Below are positions 50,746 to 64,000 of a DNA stretch of 64,000 bases, in pieces. The translations under genes and the position numbers were made by a program. This DNA is from Cycas panzhihuaensis (taxonomy: Eukaryota > Plantae > Cycadophyta), in NCBI GenBank assembly GCA_023213395.1, contig CM041465.1, forward strand, positions 123,449,741 to 123,513,740, given 5' to 3'. Under the pieces are notes generated by a model. The model had not been told where the DNA came from. It made no database searches and saw only the letters and a list, made by a program, of their open reading frames with translations. The first letter of the stretch is position 1. Every line of letters starts with the position of its first letter.

Positions 50746-53290
50746 TTAATGCGTAGCAAACATCAAGTTCATTTTCCAGTTCCGTCGTTGCATGAATGAA
50801 TACAATTATCAGGTGCATGCAGGCAACATCTGCTGGGACGTAACGTGTAGCACTGTTTTAATGTCATTTCAGTTGGCCGGCCATAAGAAAGTTGTTATCA
50901 TTGACTGTTTGATGTATTTCGTTGATATATTCGGGTTTGTATTTCCTATATCAAGATGTATTAATTGTTTTGTAAGGGGAGGGTATCGTTGAATTATAAC
51001 ATAAAGAGTTGGTGATCAATCGACTGCAGGGGGCAGGGAAGATCGGTAAACCGCAACGGACAGTGGGACCTACACAGACTGCAGAAGTTCATAACCCATA
51101 GATTTGGTTTGAAATGTGTTTGTTTGAAAGCTTGTGTTGTAACGCAAAACACGCCAAACGTCACCGCGTGAACTCTTCCAAGCGGAGTACACTTTTAAAT
51201 TTTAAATTGTAAGTTCGCTTTCAATATTTTGGATTTAAATTTAGTCATAACTCTTGCATTGGTACGTTTCATTTTGTTTGGACTTTGTGGCTATTTACTA
51301 TTTTAACACATTAAGTAGGGCAAATGTACGCACCCTTGAAGTTTTCATTTGAAAAGTTTTAAATAAAGGCAACTTACAAAAATAAAATATATTTAATTTA
51401 CAAATAATTCATGATAAATGTATGAAATAAAATTATAGACACCAAGTTGAGCAAGTTGCCAAGGGACTTTAACATGGTGAACGAGTGTTGTATACAATAA
51501 CAATGTGTGATTGTCTTGCAAATTGTAGTCTTTCTAATGATAAGTTTAATGCTTTGTCCTCTAGAAATTACCTTAAATATTACCCTAGATAAACTATGAT
51601 GGAAACTTTATACTTTAATCGTACTTCAAAATATGGACGTTGTAAACATTTGTTGATGTTTAATTTGGAAAACTATACTCATGAGAAATTTATTATATGT
51701 TTGCTAAGAGTGAACCCCTAATTCCCCAATATAAAATTGCATGAGTTGGAATTTATTTAAAGGGACTTCTATTTTCTACAATAATCACCCAAATTATAAG
51801 CCCTTGGCAAACAACACGAAAGCGTTTTCTCCCTAAAACTTATGATCACACATTATTGTCTCCTTGTTATCAACTAGAGATGTTGAATGACACCCTTTCA
51901 TAGTGAGGGATGTGGAGAGTGAAAGTCGACATGATATGACATGCTAGTCCCTTACTCTAGAGAGTTTTGGCACTAAGAAAACGAAAAAGACGAGAACTTC
52001 TAAATGATAACAAATCATGGTTCATTATTCTCTTTTATTGTATACCTTTATTTGAATATTTTGTTTAAATTAAGAAATAAAAAAAGAAATAGAATTAAAC
52101 TTGAAATTAGAGCCCTTTTTCTTTCCTTTGGCAAGGTGTTCATAGGCTTGACCTAAAATCCATACCACCTTATGTTGCTATACACATCTTTGTAGAATGT
52201 TATTCAATTATATTTTAAATAATGTTTTGTAAACAAGCTAGAATAAGTTGCTTTTCTTAACACAATTTTATCATTCTAAATGATATAATTCTAACGTATC
52301 TGCATTAAATAGTTTAGCATACAAAAAATCATTATTTATACTAGTCAGTTTCTTATCTTTCATGATATGTGAAATCTAATAAGGAATGATATGATCTTCT
52401 CTTCATTTAACTATGACCTTAAGTAAGAACTCTTAAAATAACAATAGCCATTTATTTGTCCATGGTTTTGCTTAGGAGATGCATCAATCTTTGATGGCCA
52501 ACAAAATAATTTAAAAGGGTTGGTTAGCAAGTAATGCCTAAAATTTTAGAGAGCATAGACCATAGCCAACGCCTCTTTCTTTGTGATTATATAATTATGC
52601 TCAACTATAGTTAACTTCTCACCAATAAAGAATTTTGGATAGTTAATCCTTTTATTTATAGATTAAGTTGCATCCAATATTGTACTAGGATACATTAGCA
52701 TAAACACAATTTTTTTTTAATCAATTCAATATTTTCAAAATTGTCATTTGAGCAATTATAAGTTTTAATATATTGAATGGGATTTGTTAACTTTTCCTCA
52801 TGTTTAAGGCATATACTAAATTAAAAGTTTAATGGTAGAGAAATTCAAGCCTTCTCTTTAACGAGTTTTCTATAATAACTAATCATATTTAACAATTCTT
52901 AACTTGATTTAGAGTAGTCAAATTTGTGAATATCATTATCACTTCCACTTTTGTAGAGTTTGTCAATGACCTTTTTTTTTTCTAGAAATTTGACCTAATA
53001 ACCTTCTAAATGGTACCTTAAAATTATATATTTTAAGGGTTTAAATGTAATTTACTTTTTTTACAATCTTCTAGCATGTCATTTTGGTTTCCGAAATGGT
53101 TCTCTACTAAATTATACGACATGCAACCATCAAGAAAAAAATTTTGCCTTTATATTAATCACCTCTTTAAATATGTTCAGCATGACTCCATGGAATGTTG
53201 TTGAGGCATTACTCAAGCCAAAGGGTATTTCACAATAAGCATTGATTTCTCATGTTATTAAAGGTATATATTTTTATTGATCTTTTGGGG

Positions 53291-54734
<1,444 letters not shown>

Positions 54735-56584
54735 AGCAAAATAACACCCATAAGCACACAGTTTGCCTCTGATGTTTAGCGATTCATTTCCTTGAAATAA
54801 ATTCATAGAAACATAAACCATAACTATCTATAGTTTCATAAATAAGTATGCATAAACTCTAAGAGAGAAAAAGAACCATATAGTTTAATCCATCCATTTC
54901 AATATCTTATAAATAATATGGTTAGGCATAAATCTATGCATTAATAGATGTCCATATATGCAAAAACGTTTAAATATTTTTTTAAATATTTTTTATTAGA
55001 GGTTGGCCATAGACATGTAGTTTTAGTCCTTAAAATTTCATTATTTTCTATTCCTAGTAACTAGTGTTTATAAATTCTAAATTTTAACCGCATAATTAAG
55101 ATTTTAGAATAATTCACCTAATATAAACTCCAACTTTCTTCATTTTTTCCTACCCTTCTTCTTTCTAAATTTATCCTCCATAAAATAGGATTTGTAAAAA
55201 CATCATTCAATGAATCTCAAATTCAATTTCTTAGGATTGTTTTAGTTCTAAAATCTTGTCATAACAATGAGTGGGTTGGTTTCTAATATTTTGGCCAATG
55301 AGGTTCTTTATGAGCCCCATAGAGTATACACTCTATATACACAAGCATACAACCTTGGGGGCTTGCATTGATTATAATGGGTCTCTACGAAATGCTTATA
55401 GTCCATACACACCTATATCAAGGTCAAATTTAGACACAAGAACTACTTAAGTGTATACATAATAAGTAGTCCTTAAGGGATAGAATTTCCATCAAAATTT
55501 TAGAATTTAATCACTATTTCCTCATTTGATTTTTAGTTTGTAAGAATTTATTCTATATATTTAAAAGAGATTGCCCACAAAAGATATTTAATAATTTGCA
55601 TAATATACAAATCCTAGTAGTCTTAAGGCACTTAGGTCTATTACGTACATAGTTTATCAATCATAATCCTTATCTCTAATTGAGGTCCAACTCTTGGGAA
55701 GTCCTTCTTTTAAGTATCACCTAATGGCAACTCACTCTATGTTAGGAACTAACTTTGCATGTACTTGATTGTGGTAATTTTTTCACCCTTCTTAAGGAGA
55801 GAATGATGTTGCAATATTTGTAGTTGTGGGAATTATCCTTATCCCCTGAATTATTACCTATATCAAATATCATTGATCTTATTTAAGATACACTTACATT
55901 TGAACTCTCTTTAATCTATCTCAAACTATGAACAAAGCTTCAATGAGTCTTAGATATTAAAGGACTTTGGTTTAGTGAAGAATCCCACTTTTACAACACT
56001 CATGTGAATCTTATATCTTGCAATTCCTTTATGGGTCTTACATAATCTTGTGTCTATTAGTCTATCCCTTTTGCTTTATCATCCTAGTGATAAGAACACA
56101 ATATAATAGTATCCAATTAAGTTTCCCTTTCTCTTATTTAACACCACATTGCTAATCTTCTTGTGTCTAATCCTCACTATGTATGGTAATAATTATTTGT
56201 TTGGCATAATAATATAATATAAATATTCATTAAATTTAGAAAGTTTGGTGCTCCATTTTAAAGTAAAATTTCACTTATGAATTATTTAACCTGAATCACT
56301 TTAGCTTATAAAAAGGGACAATTTTAGAAAGTGTGTCTATTAAAGTTTCTCACCTTATTACTTAAATGTTATTATCATGATATATGAGTTCATATATGTG
56401 CTTTAAGTGTATTAGATTGGTTAGAATGAAAGGGAAACTATAGAGTTAAATGAGTTTGAGAGAGGATGGAATTACTTCAATTATAGATTTTAATTTATAT
56501 TAAAGCTAATGTTGGGCTTATGAACATTAATATAAGTATTAATATCTAGTAAGAAAGAAAGTATAATGCCAATTAGTATTTAAC

Positions 56585-59572
56585 TTGATGATTGCAATTC
56601 ATGATATCCAAAAGGATTTTGAAGAAGGTAAAGTCTCGCCTAATCTCCATTCAAGACTTATTGACTTAAATGACCATTTTTTTGTAATACAACAACAAGA
56701 AGTAGATAAATGGAGAGCTTGGTCTAATATTCAATGGAAGTTGCACATTGATCAAAATTTTAAAATTTTCAATCACTATGCAAAAATTTGGCAATATCAA
56801 TGGTCTCTTAAGTGTCTGCAGGTTTCTCCCATGAAGGCCACGTATTTGCATTACAAAATCTAAGGGGAGATTTACTGTTATTTCGATAGATTGTGGTCCA
56901 CTCAAGGTTTTTTTATTGTAAGGGCCAAAGCCACTCAAATCATTCTCTCCAAGGTGAACCCTATCCCTAAGGAGTGTAGTAGAAATTTAAATGACTCTCT
57001 CAGGAGACTGATTATCAAGGAGGAAATATACAAAATCATGACAAATCTTCCCATAGGTAAATCTCAAAGCCTGGATGGAATACCTGTAGAGCTCCTTTTG
57101 GCTATAGACTTTGACGAGGTGCCTCAACTGCTAGTAGAAGTAGCAGAAGAGGTTCGTCATATAGGTAAAATGCATCTAGCTATCAATGCAACTATGGTAT
57201 CTTTAATCCCTAAAATTGGAACCATGTCCACCATTCACCAGTGGAGACTTATAAGCCTCTGCAACACTGCGTACAAGGTTATAGCTAAAGTCTTAGCTAA
57301 CCAACTTAAAGAGTTTCTTTCTTAGATTGTGAATGTAAATCAAACAACCTTGATCAAAAGTCGTTGTATAACAGATAGTATAATTGTGATTGTTGAGGCT
57401 CTTCATACTATATGAACAAAAGGGCAATAAGCAACTCTTCTCAAATTGGACATTGATAAGGCTTATGACACAGTGGAATGGGACTTTCTTTTAGCCATCC
57501 TTTCTTGAAAGGATTACAAAAAGACCATATTAGCTAGATCAAAGCTATGATTTCTTCAGTTTTAATAGCCATAAAAATCAATAGCTCAACCAAGGGCCTT
57601 ATTTATACTAGTAGAGGAATTTGTCAAGGTTGCTCCCTATCTCCTTATCTCTTCGTGATCACCATGGACGACCTCTCTTCTCCATTAATTTGGCTCCAGT
57701 CTATGGGTCTTCTTCAAGGGGTTTCTATTGATGGAATATAGGTCATTATGCACCAGATCTTTGTAGATGATACCATATTGCTAGGCTATCCTTCGCATAA
57801 AGAAACCAACGTCTGTTGTTAAGCACTTAGTATTTTTGGTCTTGCAACATGGATGAAGATCAATCATAGTAAATCCATTATTATCTTCAATGAAGTAGAT
57901 ATAGAGGACCAATTTAATTTGGTAATAGCCTTGGGAGTTACAATTACCCCTAGATTTATGATCTTTAAAAACCTAGGCATCTCTATGGGCCTCTAGACTA
58001 AAAATTATTGATTGGCGTCCTTATATTTTTAAAAACAAGAAGAAGTTGGATGCTTGGCCTACTAGATCTCTTAATTTAGCAAGTTATCAGAGTCTAATAG
58101 AATCAACCCTGTCCTAAATGCCTAATTATCTAATGTTCATCATTCAAGCTCCTAAAGTAGTGTTATTAGTTATTCAAAGTTTATTCATGAGATTTCTCTA
58201 GAAACCTTGGTCAACGGAAGCGAAGTCCTTTAGCCCAATGAAGTGGAGCACAATGTCTAATCACAAGGGTTGAGGTGGCCTTGGTCTCAAAGACTTTTTT
58301 ATCATGGTTAAGGTGAGAGGGGTAAAGCGATTGTGGGACCTATGAAATAGAGAAAATGATAAATAGACCTGTATAATTAGGAGGAAATATTGTTTAGCGC
58401 TTTCAGCTAAAGTGATGCTGGTAGGCCCCAACCATCTTAACAAAGGATCCATAATTTGGAACCATATGGTGGAAGCTTGGGACAATCTCCACTATAATAC
58501 TATTCTCTAGGATCAACTGGGCTTCAAGTCAAATTTTGGACTAACAAATAGATGCCTCTAGGGTTTTCTTTACTAGTCAATCAGGAGGATTTTGCTCTTT
58601 TAGCTCAGTTCTTTAGTTCACATAATTAGCTTACTGTGGTTTAGTTCCATGACTTTGATAAGCTTCGATGGAAGGATTTTGTTGAGCTCGTGATGGGGAT
58701 TAATCCCCAATCTGAACCTTTACTCTTGCAGACGGCTATTAGACTTAATTTTTTCATGCAACAAGTGGATTCTCTCTTTGCCTCAAAGGATCTTAAGAAG
58801 GAGGAAGGTCTTAAGTTCCTTTCCAGGGGCTGAGTGTTCGAGTCTTTAGAATTCTACTACTTGCTTTATAGTTAACATTATTGTCTTATCCAACTTCAAG
58901 CTGAATGGGATGGATTTAGTGGAAGAGAGGACAACCTAAACATAATGTGCTTCTTTGGAGAATTTTGCATAAGGCTTTCATTTTTCAAGACACGTAGGAT
59001 CAATGAAATTTAAATTAGTAATCCTTTTGTCTTGTGTGTGGTGCTCACAATGTTAACTTTGATCATATTTTGTGGCATTACCCTTCAATCCAGGAGATTT
59101 GACAAACTGCCTTTGAAATCTTTAATTTAGACCAAGGTTTCATTGAAATCTAAATTGGCCACCTATTTCTTCTTTTTTGGCTTATAAAAGGGAGTTAGAC
59201 TACAATTCATGGTTGATTTGCAACTTGTTGTCACTTGATAGACCTTTGGCTTCTTCTTCTCAAAACCATATTGCATGAAATCTAGAAAATCTATACCATG
59301 ACCTATTTTCAAAAAGTAGTTTCATTCTTTAATCAAACTTTTGGTCATATAAGGAAGGAATTGCGATTATGGATGTCCTACAATAGTTGCTTTACTTCCC
59401 TCTAAAAAAGTCCTAAAGAAAACCTCCATACTAATGTTGCAAATTCGTGTGCTTTGCATGTAAAAGATCAGGTTAGTAGATCTACTTAATATTTAGACTC
59501 TTGAACATTTTGTATTGTATTTGACTATATAATTTAATGACATATTTTTACCTAAAAAAAATTAAGAAAAAA
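56585..59572 (+). mobile_element. 5'-truncated L1-type LINE, degraded ORF2 (copy B)
   Basis: QQEVDKW..W...DQN.K.F.H, KSQSLDG, WRLISLCNTAYKVIAKVLANQLK, LKLDIDKAYDTVEW, RGICQGCSLSPYLF, HQIFVDDTIL, zinc-finger remnant, A-rich tail. Confidence 0.9.
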
Positions 59573-60233
59573 TTTATTACTAAAGGGCAAAAGCATATAT
59601 AATTTTAACTTCTTATAAATCTATTAAAAATAATTGAAAAGTTAAAAATGATATGAACTTAGTAAAGAGTTATTGTTTTCCTTTGACCATGGTGACAAGT
59701 GATAATAAAAAATTATGTGATTTATTATATAGGGAATCATGAAAAGGAGTTTGAACTCCTATTTACAAACTACAATGATGCACTAAGCTATTATGTCTCA
59801 AAAACAAATAACTATTAGATATATACACTAAAGGATGCACACACACAATCGGTTTCGACTAATTAAGAAATGAACACGGAAAGGAAATTCACGTTGAAAG
59901 TTGATAGAAAAGTCATTTTCGATCAATTAAGAAAGTGTTAAAATTCAAGAAATGTGAGAGAAAGTGCGGGTTGAATTCGATCAACAAAGTGGAAAGGAAA
60001 TGTCAAGGAGAGTGCGTGTTGCATGTCCATAGAAAATTGGATTTAGATCGATTAAAATAAATACGAAATTCGAACGGAATTATAAAATTGCGGATGTCCG
60101 TATTCAAAGCGCAGGGAAAATTCGTTCGTGCTGACAATTAAGAACTACCGATGTCGTATAAGAGGGATGCATCTGAGCTGACCTGTGTGCTGTTCTCAGG
60201 ATGGAGAGACGTTGAAGGAAATAAGGTTTGGAG

Positions 60234-63200
60234 ATGCATCTGCTGAAGTTATATTTGTTTCTTCTATTCTCCTCATACTCATCGCCTCATCTCCATCCCC
60301 ACCTCAACAACGCTTCCGATCAACATTCTCTTTTGCAATTCAAGGCATCCATCGCATACGACCCTCTAAATGTGCTCCACAATTGGAATCCCAATCGCAC
60401 TTCATTTTTATAACTGGAGTGGTGTTGCTTGCAGCCCCACCAGGGACAGAGTGGTGGTTCTCCACCTCAGAAATCTGGGTTTACAAGGTACTCACAAATT
60501 TAGAGCATCTTTACTTGGGAGAAAATAGCCTGACAGGCGCCATTCCCTCTTCCTTAGCCAACATCTCCTCTTTGACCGAATTGGAATTGGGGGAAACAAG
60601 TTGTTGGGCATCATTCCCCCTGAATTGGGAACACTCGCCCACTTGCAAGAGCTGGTCATACGTGAATGCAAAGTATCAGGTAGCATTCCCACTTCACTGG
60701 CAAATATCTCCACCTTCAATTTCTTGGCTCTTCGCTCAAATCACATCAGCGGTATCATTCCTCCTGAATTCGGTCGTCTTACAGGTCTCAACTTCCTTTC
60801 CTTTGGGGATAACCGCCTGGAAGGACCAATTCCTGCTTCCCTTTCCAACTGCACCTCTCTAACAACTCTGGAATTAGCCCTCAACCGCTTCATTGGACGC
60901 ATTCCATGGGAGTTGGGCCACAAACTCACCAACTTAGCAACATTATTTCTCTGGGGAAATCAGTTGAGTGGCCCCATTCCAAACTCTCTTGCCAATTGTT
61001 CCCAACTCACGTTGCTTGATCTCTCTTCAAATCACCTGAGCGGCGTGGTGCCAAGAGAGCTGGGTAAATTGCCTCTCCTTAAAGGCCTTTACTTAGAGGG
61101 TAATCAACTTATTAGCGGAAACAGTACGAAGCGATTAGTGTTAACTTGACAGTACTAATCGGCTGGAGAGTGTCAAGGATTAAACGATAATCGGCTAATT
61201 AAGCGATTAGTACTGTCACTGTTGGCTTTGGGTGACAATCTCTTTAGCGGCAGCATCCCATCCGAATTCAAAAGACTCCAAAAGCTGCAAAGATTGTATC
61301 TGAGCAACAATGAATTAGAAGGGAACATCCCGAGCGAGATGGGTCAACTACAAAGCTTAGGACTCTTTATCACTTGAGGAAAACATGCTTTCTGGACCAA
61401 TTCCTCATTCTCTTGGAGATCTCCAGCAGATCAGAAGGCTCGATCTTTCGAAAAACCAACTATCAGGAAGCATACCTACAGCTCTTGGCAACTGTCGGCG
61501 TCTGGAAATGCTCGACGTGCCCTACAATATACTCGATGGACAGATACTACAAGAGGTCGCCGGTCTACCAAATCTGCAATTCTATTTCAACGTTTCAGGA
61601 AATTCGCTCCAAGGCTCCCTGCCTTTCGAGATTGGTAAAATGGTAATGGTCCAAGCTATAGACATCTCTGCCAATCAATTGTCTGGCATCATTCCAACCA
61701 CAATTGGAAGCTGCGCAGAGTTACAATATTTGAATCTGTCTAATAATGCCTTAGAAGGTCCGATTCCACTATCGTTTGGAAATTTAAAAAGTCTCCAAGA
61801 CATGGATCTTTCTTCCAATAAGTTGTCAGGTACAATACCAAAGTCTCTCGAGAAACTTCATATGCTTGCTCGCTTGAATCTCTCATACAACAACCTCACT
61901 GGAGAAATTCCGAAAGGAGGAAATTTTGCAAATTTGGCTAATGTATCATTTATGGGAAATTTTGGACTCTGCGGATCATGGATACACCTGCCTCCCTATC
62001 CCAATTCCACTCTTTCGAAACAAACAGGCCATTCACCTCCCAAAAGAGTAATAATACCAATTGCAACTGTCAGTATTCTTATTATCTGCTGTTTACTCAT
62101 AGGAATCTATTGCAGAAGCAAGTGTTTACGTTCCTCAAAAACTGTTGCACTAAAACGGGAACTCCCTGTTATTTCATATCAACAACTTATCCATGCAACA
62201 CATGGATTTAGTGAGGCCAACTTGCTTGGAGTTGGTAGCTTTGGTTCAGTCTATAAAGGAATTCTAGGAAATGGCACCATGATTGCTATCAAGGTTTTTA
62301 ATTTGCAGAATGAAGAGCACATTCGAAGTTTTGAAAACGAATGCAAGGTATTAAAGAAAATTCGGCACCGGAATCTTGTTAGAATCATAACCTCGTGTTC
62401 AAGCCTTCATTTTAGAGCTTTGGTCCTCCAATTCATGCCAAAGGGAAGCTTGGAGAAGAATTTGTATCCTTATGACAGCAGCGAGAACGAAGATGGTAAT
62501 GCTTATTCATTGAGCTTCCTCAACCGATTAAACATAGCCATTGACATAGCCCATGGCATGCAATACCTTCATCATGACTGCTATGTTCAAGTTCTGCATT
62601 GTGATCTAAAGCCAAGCAACGTGCTTTTAGATGACAACATGGCAGCGCATATTACTGATTTTGGCTTGGTCCGAGTAATTTGTCCCAGCTCTGAGGATTC
62701 ACTTCAGCACATGCACTTAGAGGGTCCATTGGCTGCATCGCCCCAGGTTTGCTTTTATGCTTCAAATGATCGAAATACTGTTTGTCGCTTTTCTTGCATA
62801 TCTTGTGTGTATGAGTTAGTAGAATAAAAATTTGAAGATGATGGGCTTGAATACAGAGTATGGATTAGGAGGGAGGGCTTCAACAAAGGGTGATGTTTAC
62901 AGTTATGGCATTCTGTTAATGGAGATGCTGACTAAAAGGAGGCCCAGGAGTTACATGTTCGCAGGAGGACTGGACCTGCAGAAGTGGGTGAGCATGGCAT
63001 TTCTTGATAGATTGCTGGATGTTGTTGACGATACCCTACTAAGTAATGTGGGTGCTGAAGGAATAGATGGGCATACCGCGTATAAATGTCTTACGGAACT
63101 CATACTTGTGGGTTTGGTGTGCACGAAGCAATTCCCTGAAGAAAGACCAAATATAAGAGATATGGTGGGAGTGCTGGAGAGTACCAGAGCAACATATCTT

Positions 63201-63317
63201 GGAACAACAACCGCAAGGACTACCAAATTCCCAGCAGATATATCATCTTTGTTAGAAAGCAAGACTACACACAACAACTTGGGAACATTTGATAGCCAGA
63301 GTTGCTCTACATCATAG
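60234..63317 (+). pseudogene. LRR-XII non-RD receptor-like kinase pseudogene, copy 3 (intron 62747-62856)
   Basis: Homologous to copy 2; frameshifts near 60408, 60590, 61365 and 62700; 167-bp deletion at ~60493; deletion with filler at 61128-61226; exon 2 open. Confidence 0.93.
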
Positions 63318-63418
63318 TTAATGCGTAAAAAACATCAAGTTCATTTTTCAGTTTCATTGTTGCATGAATGAATGGAAAAACTGGCACAATTATCAAGTGC
63401 TAATACCTATTCACTCAA

Positions 63419-64000
63419 TGGAATCGCGTCTATGGGATGGTGACTACACTTGGTGAAGATTGGGGCAATCGACAAAAAATTCTAGAATAAAAGATACAAT
63501 CCTACAAGTGAAGGAAACACCCACACAGAGCGTTCGTGCATTGGAACGCAGGTTCAGGACCAACGAATGGCACACAACTTCCTCAAGGTGGCTCGACTTT
63601 TGGCTTGAAGGGCGAGATACACGTAAGGTATCTTGGATAACCCCAAAAGATGGAATCCTCCCATCCTTGGATGGCCAGAAAGGGAAGGGAGGCCCAACGA
63701 AGGAAAGAACTTCTGTGAGAAAGTGATATGGTATGTGTGAAATAGATACAAAAAAGAACTCCTTAGGCCGACTCACCTAAGGCAGGGCTACAAGGGAAAA
63801 AGGCAATGGCAAAAGGCCACTTACTGCTATGTGAGCGAAGGGATCTAAGTCCCGGCAAGGGTAACTAGAGTAACGTGTGTGAATAGGATGCAAAGGGTGT
63901 GTATGAAGGGATAATACAAGTGCTCTCGTTTACTTTCACAAAAGGGGACATAAAACACACTCTCACTCTCTTTTGCTTTTAAACAAGAAAGAACGAAAAC
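63419..64000. mobile_element. Probable LTR insertion running off the window end
   Basis: Homology with the copy 1 3' flank stops abruptly after CACTCAA; the new sequence begins TG and has higher GC. Confidence 0.55.

Overview
AT-rich plant nuclear DNA from a large, transposon-rich genome (a gymnosperm-like land plant is my inference). Left half (1-28 kb): degraded and nested LTR retroelements. Two copies of one minus-strand Ty1/Copia family lie at 952-8501 (full-length but decayed, TSD AAAAT) and 24012-28075 (internally deleted, TSD CATAT/CATCT). A pol-less, gag-only Copia-derived element lies at 11679-20363 (TSD TTAAT), with a 2.5-kb solo LTR nested in its 5' LTR. This element is the most unusual object in the window. 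Its leader carries, antisense, an apparently intronless chimera of host-gene pieces: a plastid Mfd/TRCF-like helicase fragment, a CDPK-related kinase fragment and an unidentified C-terminal piece, joined at short microhomologies. Both of its LTRs have absorbed an old tRNA-iMet primer-binding site. Right half (28-64 kb): a tandem array of three non-RD LRR receptor-like kinases of the LRR-XII (FLS2/EFR/XA21-like) type, with duplicated LINE remnants and a ~1.44-kb (TA)n array exactly at a duplication junction. All three RLK copies are disrupted; the middle copy has only one visible lesion, a TGG>TAG nonsense change in exon 2. The array carries many repair scars: microhomology deletions, a patchwork templated filler, and a telomeric-repeat filler in a promoter. 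No rRNA, tRNA or CRISPR features were seen. All alignments were done by eye.
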